A stretch of DNA of 63,826 bases, the filler included, from Collodictyon triciliatum (Eukaryota): NCBI GenBank assembly GCA_043381765.1. It is 9 parts of 9 records of this genome, joined end to end, with 100 filler letters (N's around TTAATTAATTAA, not from the genome) between each part and the next. Parts side by side here need not be neighbours in the genome. Positions count along the whole stretch, not along the records: positions 1 to 15,347 come from JBHJMP010000676.1; positions 15,448 to 20,737 come from JBHJMP010000679.1; positions 20,838 to 30,342 come from JBHJMP010000680.1; 6 more parts are not named here. One strand, written 5' to 3'. The translations under genes were made by a program, and so were the position numbers. Below, in pieces: positions 12,790 through 25,000 of this stretch. Under the pieces are notes generated by a model that made no database searches, was not told the DNA's origin, and saw nothing but the letters and a program-made list of their open reading frames with translations. Numbering within the stretch: the stretch's first letter is position 1; the number at the start of each line of letters is the position of its first letter.

Positions 12790-14295
12790 ATGTTGTGCAG
12801 AGACACGCTTTCTCACACGACACGACAGAGATCGTTTCAGCAAAGTTTTATACAGTTCCGCTACTTTTCATACATACACGGTACTGAATAACAAAGTTAC
12901 TGACTCCTTTAGAGGCAGTATGCGAGTAGATCCACTTCGTCCTTTCATGCCTCACATACAGCATCTAAGCCGCTTTGTCAACGAGGCTCGCAGCCGACGC
13001 TTTGCAGAGGTAAAGTATGCAAATAAGTTGCTCTCAGAGATAACCTCGCATACTCATTCTACTTCTGTGTCTTTTTTTCTTTCATGCTCGATACACCTCC
13101 GGTCTTGATAGTCACTCTGCTCAGGTTCTCTCCAAACGGCGACGTGACATATGCTTAGTCTTGGAAAATCTTGGAGACGAACACAACGCAGGGTTTGCCA
13201 TGCTACTTGTCCGCCTAAATAGGCTGTTGATATATCACAATCCAAACATACCTGCTCATTACACGCGATGTATTCAAAAACACGTCGGAGAGGATATAAA
13301 AGATAAATTATCTTGGTCATCTTATTTGAATTGTGCAAACATACACGAGCAATATAAGCGGATACATGTATTATTTTTTTCAATCACCAAAACCACCTAC
13401 CGTTATGAATTCTATACTTGATTTCTTCTAATTTACAGACTATTACAGCGCTTGTCTGAGGACGGCGGAATGCCTCGGAGTTCAAGATATTCACATCATC
13501 GAGCGCTACGAGGCGTTTCATGTGGGTGGTTCTGATGCATGCAAAGGTTCAATGCGCAAGGGAAATTTTACACCTAATATCATTCCATCGTGTATTTATC
13601 AAAAAAAAAACCTTTTCAACTGCAAAGAAATTGCATCAAATACTGATGAATAAACGAGTTGTACGAAATGAACACAATAAGATAAAACAAAAAACAAAAA
13701 ACAAAAAACAAAAAACAAAAAACAAAAAACAAAAAACAAAAAACAAAAAACAAAAAACAAAAAACAAAAAAACAAAAAAAAACCAAAACAAGCCAAAGTT
13801 CAATTAACACTTAACTGCTCAGGCTCTGCAAAATGGCTTACTCTTCACAGACACCGTCGCTCTGCAGACTGCTTTAAACAGCTCAAACTAGAAGGCTGGA
13901 CAATTGCATCGTCTTGGCTTCATCCAAGCACACCAACTTTGACTGAGCTTCTCCAACAACCAACACCACACACACCTTTGTCCTCAATAGGATCTGTGTA
14001 TCCACCAACGCGCCGATTTGCATTTGTCTTCGGAAACGAGGCGCGTGGAGTCTCTCCTTCCTGGGCCGACTATTCAGACTCAACGTTCATGCTTCCCCAA
14101 GCTGGATTCACCCAAAGCCTGAATGTTTCTGTGGCTGTTGGAATGACACTCTTCACTGCGACGCAGATTATTCAGCCACCAGCTTTCCTGACACCACACG
14201 AGTCAGATTATGTACACCTGCGCTGGCTCTTGGCGCAAATTCCAGCGGCAAAAAAACTCCTCGCTGAAAAAAATCTATTGTTGCCCGACTACTGA
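12790..14295 (+). CDS. trmH: SpoU-family tRNA 2'-O-methyltransferase, TrmH-like, multi-exon; first exon tentative
   Basis: SPOUT motifs LVLENLGDEHNAG|ACLRTAECLGVQDIHII, KG|SAKWL, AFVFGNEARGVS and LPQAGFTQSLNVSVA are joined through GT-AG introns. An alternative start is at 12920. Confidence 0.85.
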
Positions 14296-15347
14296 TTCAG
14301 CTGCTATCTGACGAATGTTTCTTAAAATGAAATTTTGTTACATGCTAATTTTAACCCTCTAATCATACCTTACATTTTTGTGCGTGATCCTTTAGTTGAA
14401 TCTAGCTCTGAAATTAATTGCATGATCTTCGTGACGACAGTGATTTTAAATAGTAGAGTTTTCATTTTTTATTTTACCATTATTTGGTGATATGAAATGC
14501 CACAAACTGTTCTGCTTGGACTCGATGTTCTACTTTATTTGTAACTTTCTGAGCTTCACTACTTAAAGACACATGCGATTCGACAAGAAAAATAATTACA
14601 TATCATTTTCTTTCATTTTTTCAAATTCTTGATAAAATGATCAAGCAATCATCGATCGGCTTGTGTTGATCATTTAAATATAAAAGTGGAAGTTAGGGCA
14701 TTTAGGTTCTTTTTTTATATATGGAGTATTTTTCCAAAGAAGTTCCTGTTACTATTTATTTCTGTAATTATCTAATGTTTATTTTAAATCCAGTCGTCTT
14801 TTTTACGATTCCTGTATATTGGACAGAGCGGAGGAAAATATAGTACGGATGTCCTTGGTTTCCATGATATTCGACTTCAATTTGGTCAATACTATCTGAA
14901 AGCTTCAATACATGTGATATTTCCCTCAACAGCAACGAGAGTACCCACTCCAACGAGCACAAGTATCGTGAAGGCATGTTTTCCAACCACATCCGTACAC
15001 GCGGTCAGTCTCTCACCGACGTTGTCTCGCCCGTGGTCAAGCTGAACATGCCTCACAAAGAAGCTGCCACAACCACGCAGCCTCGCAAGAATCAGGATTC
15101 GCCCTGCAGGCAGGGGAGTCCGCCATACGCAAGTGAAGCCGGTAACTACGAACCGGACCAGCCACACGGCGACACAAGGGCCACAGACCTGTCTTTGGAG
15201 GAGGGTTACGCCTCCGCCTCTTCCTCTTAATTCGCCCAGTGTGGCCCGGCGCTCTGCCTATGAGCGCATTGGGGGACTAACGTTCCCCATCTTGAAGGGT
15301 GGCTCAAAGAATCTTTCTTTCCCTTCGCCCCGGAGGATTTGCGATAC

Positions 15348-15447
15348 NNNNNNNNNNNNNNNNNNNNNNNNNNNNNNNNNNNNNNNNNNNNTTAATTAAT
15401 TAANNNNNNNNNNNNNNNNNNNNNNNNNNNNNNNNNNNNNNNNNNNN
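15348..15447. other. Artificial contig spacer (N-run, TTAATTAATTAA, N-run); identical linkers at 20782, 30387, 34984, 41845, 48884, 53244 and 59130
   Basis: The same 12-mer with stops in all six frames sits in N-runs eight times. Genes are truncated at these points. Confidence 0.97.
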
Positions 15448-15542
<95 letters not shown>

Positions 15543-15603
15543 GGTTGTGTTAAAGATATATCACCGCATATGCCCAAATAGTAACACCTTAAAAATTTTT
15601 TAG

Positions 15604-16701
15604 AACGGGTCGAAAGTTGTTGCGCAAGTATATGACAATGTGGCCATTCTATTTTCTGATATTGTCGGATTTACCGATAAATCGTCAAAAAGCGACCCGC
15701 TGATGGTAATAAGTTAATCATGAGAGTTAGCTTGTCCTTATTTACACCATTAACAGCCATTTTCACTAGATTGTTGAACTGTTATCAACTCTGTTCAGTC
15801 ATTTTGACATTCTGACTTCAATACATGAAGTCTATAAAGTCCAAACGTATTTTTTTAGTCGCAAATTACTCTGTGAAAAAAATAAATTGTAGTATAGTGC
15901 AATACCTTTGTTCTGATATTTACCATGTTGTCTGCTATATAGGATTGGAGATGCATACGTCGCTGTTGCCGGAATCCCTATTAACGAATCAGATGAAGTC
16001 GGCACAAACTCTTGCAAGAATATGATGGAGTTTGCTATCGGGATGTTGCAAGCTGTAAGATTGAACATATCCTACTGCGGTTTATGGACGGCTTTGATTT
16101 ATGTTATACGTTAATAAGCTATGTTATGGCGCAGAAAATCTAACAAATATATAATCGACCTAGCTATCTAACATGTCAACACCTGATGGGCAACCAGTAA
16201 ACATTCGTATTGGACTGCATTATGGGAAAATTGTCGGAGGTTTATATTTCATTGAAAAGAGGAATTCTAGCCAATATTCTGAGAGTGCTCCACTCAAAAA
16301 AAAATCATATTTTCTCTTTCTCTTCTTTTTTTTTTTCTATTTGGGGTTGTTGATTGAAGGCGTCATTGGTCGGAAGACTTTACGATTCGATATCTGGGGC
16401 AGAGATGTGATTACTGCAGCGTCGATGGAATCAAAAGGAACTGCAGGTTTGTGTCTGATTGTGGTTGATTAAATAAATAAATAAAAATAATCAAAACATA
16501 GTAAAATAAGACTTCTATGAAGATCCTTTTAAGAATCCTACCTGAAACCCTCAAACAATAGGTAAACTGCACATGAGCGAGTCGTTCAAGCAGCAGATTG
16601 AACACGAGTATGAATTGGATGCGTGCCACATCTCCACAAACTCCAGCGGGGAAGTCATCAAGTCCTTCTTTTACGACCCCAAAACATCAAAGACCGCGTG
16701 A
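15604..16701 (+). CDS. Class III adenylate/guanylate cyclase catalytic domain, C-terminal 6 exons, 5'-partial
   Basis: Spliced: [12 protein letters not shown]...LFSHFDILT...[16 protein letters not shown]...[39 protein letters not shown]...KTA*. Confidence 0.93.
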
Positions 16702-17228
16702 ATGCTCGGCAAGTGGGGATTCAATATCCTGCTCAAGAAAGTGCATCCCACTCGCCTTCTTTCTAGATTATACATGTCTCATTCCAAATGCTACACTTCT
16801 TTGCTTCTTCCAATGACCCTTTCGTAAATCCAAGAACACCTCGTATTTCTCCCACTTCATAGGTCGGCCCGCTATAATCACCCACGGACGTGCGATAATC
16901 CCTCATGGCCGCACCAAAGAACGCGAGCCGGCCATTCCCACGAGCTGCACAAACATAAAGAGTCAATAAATGAAAGTTAAGAGAACAAAGAAAGAAAACA
17001 AAGCCAACTAAAAAAAATAAATAATAATCTTGCCGTAGAATTCTCGAAAGCGAAACGCATTCGAAAAGCTTAGCGCAACACACCGACATGAAGCATGCCA
17101 GATAAACCCCTTCGAAGGTTAAAACCATTCCACCAAGGGACTCAGTTGTGGCCTTTCATAAGGAGAGGGCAACAAACAAAGAGTAGAAGCAATAATAAGA
17201 ACAGTAAAGAAGGGAGTGATTCGTAGGT

Positions 17229-20200
17229 ATGCAGCGCCTTCCAAGACTCTGGAGATCGCTCGGCGGGTTCGCCGCGTCTGCTGCAACGCCACAAACGCAA
17301 GCCAGTCGATGCTTTGCAAGCAGTGGTGAATCCTTCCAGACAGCGCGGTACTACCTTCACGAACAATCTCTTCTGCAGTATATTTCGCAGCCGCAGCGAG
17401 ACTACTTTGTTCTGCTAGTTGGGCCGGTTGGAAGTGGCAAGCGCACCCTGCTGAAAACAATCGAGAATGCATTGCGTGCGGGCCGCGTGGACGTGCACTC
17501 GCCCGAGCTTATCATGCCTCTTCATCAACAACGCATATTCAATGCTGCAAAAGCTGAAGCCGACCGCGTAGCCGCTGGCACCGAGCTAGACTCGAACGAT
17601 GAGGTCGATGGGAGCAACGAGACCGAGGTCGAGACCGACCATATGCCAAACAACACAGAATTCAGCTCACTCACCCCAGAAGAACAAGACTCCGTGTTGG
17701 AGGCTGACAAGGTATTTGTAAAGCCTGCCACAAAGGATGAAATAGCTCACCAGACTCGGCTTTGGCCAACAAAGCGAAGAGCAGAGCAATCCCGAAAGCC
17801 AGCTGCTCTCATGTGGGACATAGACTCTTCGGGGCTGATTGAATCCCATCCAAGCCCCGTACCTTCGTTCACAGCTTTTTTGGAGAATCTGGAGGCATCA
17901 ACTGCTCAGGACTTGGCGGCTTTTGAACTGCCAAATAGCTTGATAGCATCATCGCTACACCATTCACTTAACATGGAGCTGACTCCCCAACAAAAAATCG
18001 ACTATCAAGGTCAACTTTCGTCCATCATTTCCCTAATGTCGTTTATTCATTTGATAGTCAGATATTCTTTTTTTCCAACAATTTATATGATAATGGAGCT
18101 TCCCATATTACCTTTGACAACGGTGCATATAAAATCGCTAGTGTGACATCGATAGCCTTCTTTTTCTTTCAATTTTGCCTTTATTATGAAGAAAATTAAC
18201 TTATATTGCGTCTCATGAAAAGCTGACTGCCTGTTCAATTTTTTCATTGTTATCAGATCCTATCCGTCGCTTCATTGTAGACTTGGAGAATGTATATATT
18301 CAATCAATTTTTAATGTATTTTATCGTTCGAATATTGCCATGGTGTCTTTCATAAACAATTCTTTGGGATTCATGTGTCCAATTGGGTTTAAAACAGGAA
18401 AGTCAACCAGACCTAAAGACTATGATGAAATCTATCGAATTTCTACGAAAGTTTGAGATTCAACACAAAAGTGCGAGGGACAGATCCGGAATACTAGTCT
18501 TGAGGTGAGTCTGGATACTTTATACAAAGAATAATCAAATCAATTCTGAAGTCAATATTTCGTCAACATGATATGACAACTGTGCTGATTTTGCATTACC
18601 TTCTATATAAATAAATATAACGCAGGTTTTTATTCCAGTTGATGCAAAATATATCGTCCGATGATAGTTTTCTATATTTTCCTTCGTTATTTATCTCCAA
18701 TTTCCATGTCCTCCTGCGGACTCCAGAGTGGGGCCAGGGAGCCGTAGATTATCATGACTGGATTATGCTCCAGATGAATGTATTTATTTCTCCAGTCAAA
18801 TTAGTCAGTGGTCTTCGATGTTTGGTTGTCACATAGAATGAACGCAAAATAGGTCAACCAGCCATTGACCTCCTTTCCGTTGGTTTTGAGCTCCAATCAT
18901 CAACATCACTCGTTATTCAGCCACGAAGAATTTGATCATCAAGGAAGAACCGAGTTCATCGTTGTGTATCCTTTGTCGCAACAGGAGCTAGGGGAATTAG
19001 ATTTCTCGAGGAAGATGAATGAAATGGTTTGTTTTTTCCCATCTGAGTTCATACTTACTCGCGTAATCGGCTCTGCTCAACAGGTTGACTCAAAAAATAA
19101 CGTAACAAAACAATTGATGCTTATGACTAGGATTTCCTTGATGGACACAATATGCTTGGCGGTAATTTGGATTGTTGGTTCAGATTCATGAAAAAGTAGA
19201 GATTCATGTCATTTTGTTTCTGAAACATTGAAATTATGGGCGACCACCTAGATTTCATAATTTTCTTTTTTCTTTTCTTTTTTCTTTTCTTTTTTCTTTT
19301 CTTTTTTCTTTTCTTTTTTCTTTTCTTTTCTTTTTTCTTTTCTTTTTTCTTTTCTTTTTNNNNNNNNNNNNNNNNNNNNNNNNNNNNNNNNNNNNNNNNN
19401 NNNNNNNNNNNNNNNNNNNNNNNNNNNNNNNNNNNNNNNNNNNNNNNNNNNNNNNNNNNCTTTGTTCTTTGTTCTTTGTTCTTTGTTCTTTGTTCTTTGT
19501 TCTTTGTTCTTTGTTCTTTGTTCTTTGTTCTTTGTTCTTTGTTCTTTGTTCTTTGTTCTTTGTTCTTTGTTCTTTGTTCTTTGTTCTTTGTTCTTTGTTC
19601 TTTGTTCTTTGTTCTTTGTTCTTTGTTCTTTGTTCTTTGTTCTTTGTTCTTTTTTAAATGAATGATTGATTTTCACACGTTCAAAGGTATTCCGAATCCA
19701 AGGCTTCAGGTGCATCTAACGCCTCATTTAAGAATTCTCTAATTTCATACGTTAAAACGGATTCATGGAAAAGCTTTTTGGAGAGAATGGAATTTGCATA
19801 TTCCCTATACTCTTCTTACGACAAATCCAGAGAAAAGCTTCCTACATGCCCCCAATCACTTCCTATAAGATTTGCTGCAAAAGACTTGGATGAGATATCT
19901 GCCAAACCATTCTCTGCGCTAACGGTTGACCAGGTCGTAAAAAACTTTCAGTTCTTGGATTTCCTGGATAAGACAAAAAAGGTTGGTTTCTCAAACCCCC
20001 TTTTTCCCCTTCAGTTTTTTGGTTGAATTTATTTTTCATAATTTAATATGAGTATGGGTTACGCACTGGCAACACACAAAATGATTTCAGATTTTATGAT
20101 ACCTTTTACTCATATGTGATGGATTTCGTTCATAATATCGATGTTAGTCACTTGAGTGCAACTGAATAAGTGAAATGGATAGGCTTCATTTGACTGTAAT

Positions 20201-20556
20201 TTATTTTGCAATAATATAGTATGGCTATGCTATCGACTGTGGAATATCACCTGCTGTTGAGGTTGTAGAACACCGCGCATTCCAAGTATGACCTAAATTA
20301 CGAATGAATTTTTTGTTTGTTTTTAATTCATGGAATGCTGTTCCTGACGACACCCGAAACATATTAGAAATCCAGAGGGGATCGAGTTATCTACATGCGA
20401 TTAATATACTTTTTATTTCATCTGCTATTTTCCCTTCATTTTTTAAGGCCCTTGTCGATGCAAACGTTTTTTTCGTCGATCCGTACACCAGCGTTTCCAT
20501 GGTGCAGAAGCCTATATACGCGGAGTTTCTAGACTTGTTCATAGACCTTAAAAAGA
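17229..20556 (+). CDS. P-loop NTPase-domain protein with probable mitochondrial presequence, multi-exon, 3'-partial
   Basis: Arg/Ala/Ser-rich acid-free N-terminus (MQRLPRLWRSLGGFAASAA...SRCFAS), Walker A-like LLVGPVGSGKRT, and downstream exons including PSLFISNFHVLL. Confidence 0.6.
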
Positions 20557-20837
20557 GTAAGTTGTTTTTGATGTCTTGTTCAGTTCAACCTCGCACAATA
20601 TGACTCTTCAACAACATTCCAAATATCAAGATTACACAATTATTATGATTATTATGATTATTATGATTATTATGATTATTATGATTATTATGATTATTAT
20701 GATTATTATGATTATTATGATTATTATGATTATTATGNNNNNNNNNNNNNNNNNNNNNNNNNNNNNNNNNNNNNNNNNNNNTTAATTAATTAANNNNNNN
20801 NNNNNNNNNNNNNNNNNNNNNNNNNNNNNNNNNNNNN

Positions 20838-21999
20838 TGTCTGATATAATCTGGAGGATATTGAGGATGACCTCCTGGTCGGCTGAAGGGTTCTGTGGGC
20901 AAATGGATTGAATCAGTCACGCAATCATTATGCTTCAGTACAACACCCATAAAGAAACAAAACCAAAAAAACAAAAACAAAAACAAAAACAAAAACAAAA
21001 ACAAAAACAAAAACAAAAACAAAAACAAAAACAAAAACAAAAACAAAAACAAAAACAAAAAGAAATAGAAATAGAAAAAGAAAAAGAAAAAGAAAAAGAA
21101 AAGGGTATAATAGAATCAAACCGAAAGGGGGAGCGTGTTCGAGGCCGTGTTTGGCTTGAAAGAGCGAGGAAGGAATGCACTGGGTTTCCAAACGATACAT
21201 ACACGGTCGCTGCCCAGCTAGTGCAAATATAAAATTAAACCAGGAGGCTTATGCACTAGGGTGGTAGTGGGTAGATTGAGGACACAAATATAACGAATGC
21301 AGTCAAGGCGTCTTGAATATTGCAATACCTTGTTAAAAAATATGAGAGCAATATCTTGGAAGCGCAGCTGGTGTGATTGCATTGATTTGTATTGAGATTA
21401 TATATATTTTTATTTAAAATGAATTGTGCCATAGAAAGAAGGCTGCTTTATCCTTATCTTCTGTATAACCCATCGCCTTCATTATTATATTTATTAATAT
21501 TCATGAGATATATAAAAAAAACTCACCCGGAGCTCGTCGACAAAGTTGGCGACAGGGTCGAAATCAACAAAGATTGGGTTTGTGCCATCGACTTTGGCAA
21601 GAGGCTTGTATGTTTTACTATTTGAATGGGAAACTGTATTTAAGTTGCAAGTTACTTGGTACATCAAACTAGATTCGTATTGCTAACTATAAGACTCTGA
21701 AAATAACAGTACCCGGGTTCTAATTGACGCAGCAGACATGCAGCATGTTCGTTTTAATTTAAATACAGAGGGACAACCAAGATTGTTATTATAGTCTTCG
21801 TGCCACTTTTACATTATTTTATATAATTATTGAGTGAGGATAATGTGTACCGTGTGACTTTCCAGTGACCATTTTTTTCGGGTCCAGTATAATCGCCAAA
21901 TCGAACGATTCAACACGAGGCTCAAAAAGAATCTATGTAGAAATAGGTGTTTCCTCTTAGCAACCAAACATATACTGCACTATTCAGAATTATATGAAC

Positions 22000-22077
<78 letters not shown>

Positions 22078-25000
22078 TAATAGATGAACATCTGAACCAT
22101 TTCATACAATTAGATGCAAACGTATATACTTTGTAATTTTTAAGAAATGACGCTGTACTGATGCGTTCACTGATGGTCTTGCTTGCATCAGAGGCACTCT
22201 CACACAATTTTCTAAAAACCTGTTAAGTGATAAGTTGATGATTTCCCTCATTTCCGGATAAAATAAAGGTAGTATGACGAGTCTCCTCTGTGGATAAGCT
22301 GCTCTTCGTAAAATGAATATAGAATAATATACGGTTTTTATTCAGATTATACTGGGGTTTTTTTCTCAGTCTTGTAATATGGATATTTAATAATAGCAAT
22401 AACAAAAGATTAAAACATACTTGTTTTGTCGGTTGGTTCTTGGACCAAGCAACCAGGCTGCAAATAGAGTAAAGGTTCCATTTAGAGCAGTTAAAAGTGA
22501 AATGATAAGTATGGCCAACGATGAACCTCATATTACATGATTTTGCATTCAAGTGTTTACTATGTAACACGAGTAATCTTTGAATCGAATAAAGGAAAAA
22601 AAATGTAACACGAGTGATAATTGAAAAACGTTGCGCGGATTTCTTAAAGAATTGGGCTCTTACTTTGAGTTGAATTTCGTTGCAATGAAGAGAGCTGTCG
22701 TTTTGTGGCTCTTTCTTGTAGATTCAAACACTTTTTTCATCTTCCTGATGGCCATTTCATGTTTTCCTTCATCCAAAGGCACATAAAGTGGATTATTATC
22801 GAAATCATATGATGATATGAACCAAAGGAATCTAGAAGAAAAAATCTATTAATACTAGTACTTGTAAAAGTTCTCTAGATCCTGAAACAAAACATGATAT
22901 CTGGCAGGACTATGTTCGCTCCTATTTTCATCATTATTTTTTTTTTTTGGTAAGAAAATTTTTCGTAAGACCTGTGGAATCCTGCTAAAGGTGTATTCGG
23001 AGTAGAATAAGGCTGGGGATTGGTGAATATGTATGCTATTTGTATTAACAAAGACGCGTCAATAATCAAGGCAAAATTCATTGGTGTAGGAATCAAGGAA
23101 AGTCAAAGTGTTCAATAAAAATGTTATACAAATATAATTCATATAGATAAGCGTACAGATAAGAAAAGAGGAAATAATAAAGATATTACCAACAAGAAGC
23201 TCAATCAATTCGTCACTGAAAAAGGCAGAGTACAATTGAGAGTGAATCCATTTCTTGGCCAACCTAAATTAAAAGCTCAGATTATCACTTGGTAGAATAG
23301 GTCGTTAGGAATTGTACATTATTATTTTTTAGAATTTTTTCATCAAGAGATTATCAAGTCTAGATTTTTGTGAGATTCACCTGACAGTGGGACCAAAGTT
23401 GGTGTTCTTGTTTCGAGTATATTTTAATATTCAATTAAAATAAATGAAGTTTGAAAAGTAATTATGGAAGCCCAGGCTCGAAAATTCATAATTTACCTTT
23501 GATTGCAAAGCATGGATGGAAGCGTACAATTTCGGTTTAATTATATCTTCAGTTCGTAAGAGAGATGTGAATTCAGGAGGTTAGATTGTTACGGAACATA
23601 ACGTTTATAGTTTTTTTTTCTTTAAAGAGAAATCTACCGTTCATAAAAATACGAAAAAACCAAAACCAAAACCAAAAACAAATCCTTTTCATTAATCTAA
23701 CATATTAAGGTGCGAATGAGAACAGTATTGGATTTATTTTTTTAAAAAAAGTATACATGTATTCAACTCTATCTTTAATAATTATTATTATTTAAAATAT
23801 TAATATTTGAATAGACTGTATGTAGGATATATTTCTTTCCCAAGAGACGAGCTTCTCTGTCAAGATAGATGTGGAATCGGAAGCAATATCCATCTGTATA
23901 AATGTATTTTTCTGCTCAGCTACTTTGAGTGAAAATCATAATATTTTCTCATTCTCTCCTTACAGATATTTTAATTACAATTGTTTAAAATAACAAAAAA
24001 TAAATAAATAATTGTCCTCGAAATCCAAATATAAAATAAATTGTACCACAGAATATATCGATAAAGTTGTGAGCTACGACCGAAACAATCCTTTTTTTCT
24101 TTAGACTGTTTTGAAAGCACGGTTATTAGATGGTTATTTTTATTTGAAAAAGAGAACACCAATCTTCACAAGGGACTGATGCAAACATATACGATCAAGA
24201 CCCATTTTTTATTTTATATTCCCTAAAAATCAATTTTACCTCTCATGTAATTGAATATAAAAGGCAGACAACATGGCTTGCACAGCAAGTAGCTCATCAG
24301 GCCACTTTCCACTACTTTCAAACTAAAAAAAAAAACATCATATTTAATTTTAAGCGCAGGAGACATGTATGCAAAGTTAACCTTGATTATTGAAAATGAA
24401 TTAAAAGTGAAGATATACTATTATGACTCCCTTGATCGGCTGTATCAAAGGCGGGTAACTACAACCAGAAATCAGTTGGGCAGATGGTTTGGGACCGTTC
24501 AATGTGGGGATGGGTTGAGGAGGCGAAGGGTCTGTATACCGCAGACCTAAGGAGCGATTTGAAATTGAGACAAGAGTTAAAATATTTATCTATCCCAGAC
24601 TCTAGCGTTTTTACAGCAAAACATAGTGTAATTTAACCAGTCTAAAACATTAATTACATGCGGAAGCAGGGGTGATGTTTTGAATTTTAAGTGGTAAATC
24701 AGGCAAGTCCTTAATAAGGCCAGTAAGCTTATCAAAAGACAATATAATGGCTCGAGTGGGTTCCACTGTCTCATCTTGAAAAAGAATAAAATTGGAGAAT
24801 AAATGTTAGATAATTCAAAGCGTATCGGTACCTTTCATCATGAACAGAAAGCACAGTGCTAGATACCAAAAGAAAAAAGTTTTATAATAATTTATGGATA
24901 TATCTCATTTATTGCATGGCAAATTGCATTTTTGTACCATTTGTCTTCAATGCAAATTGCAGCTGGCCAATTGTGAATCTCAACAACGTTGCCGTGACAT

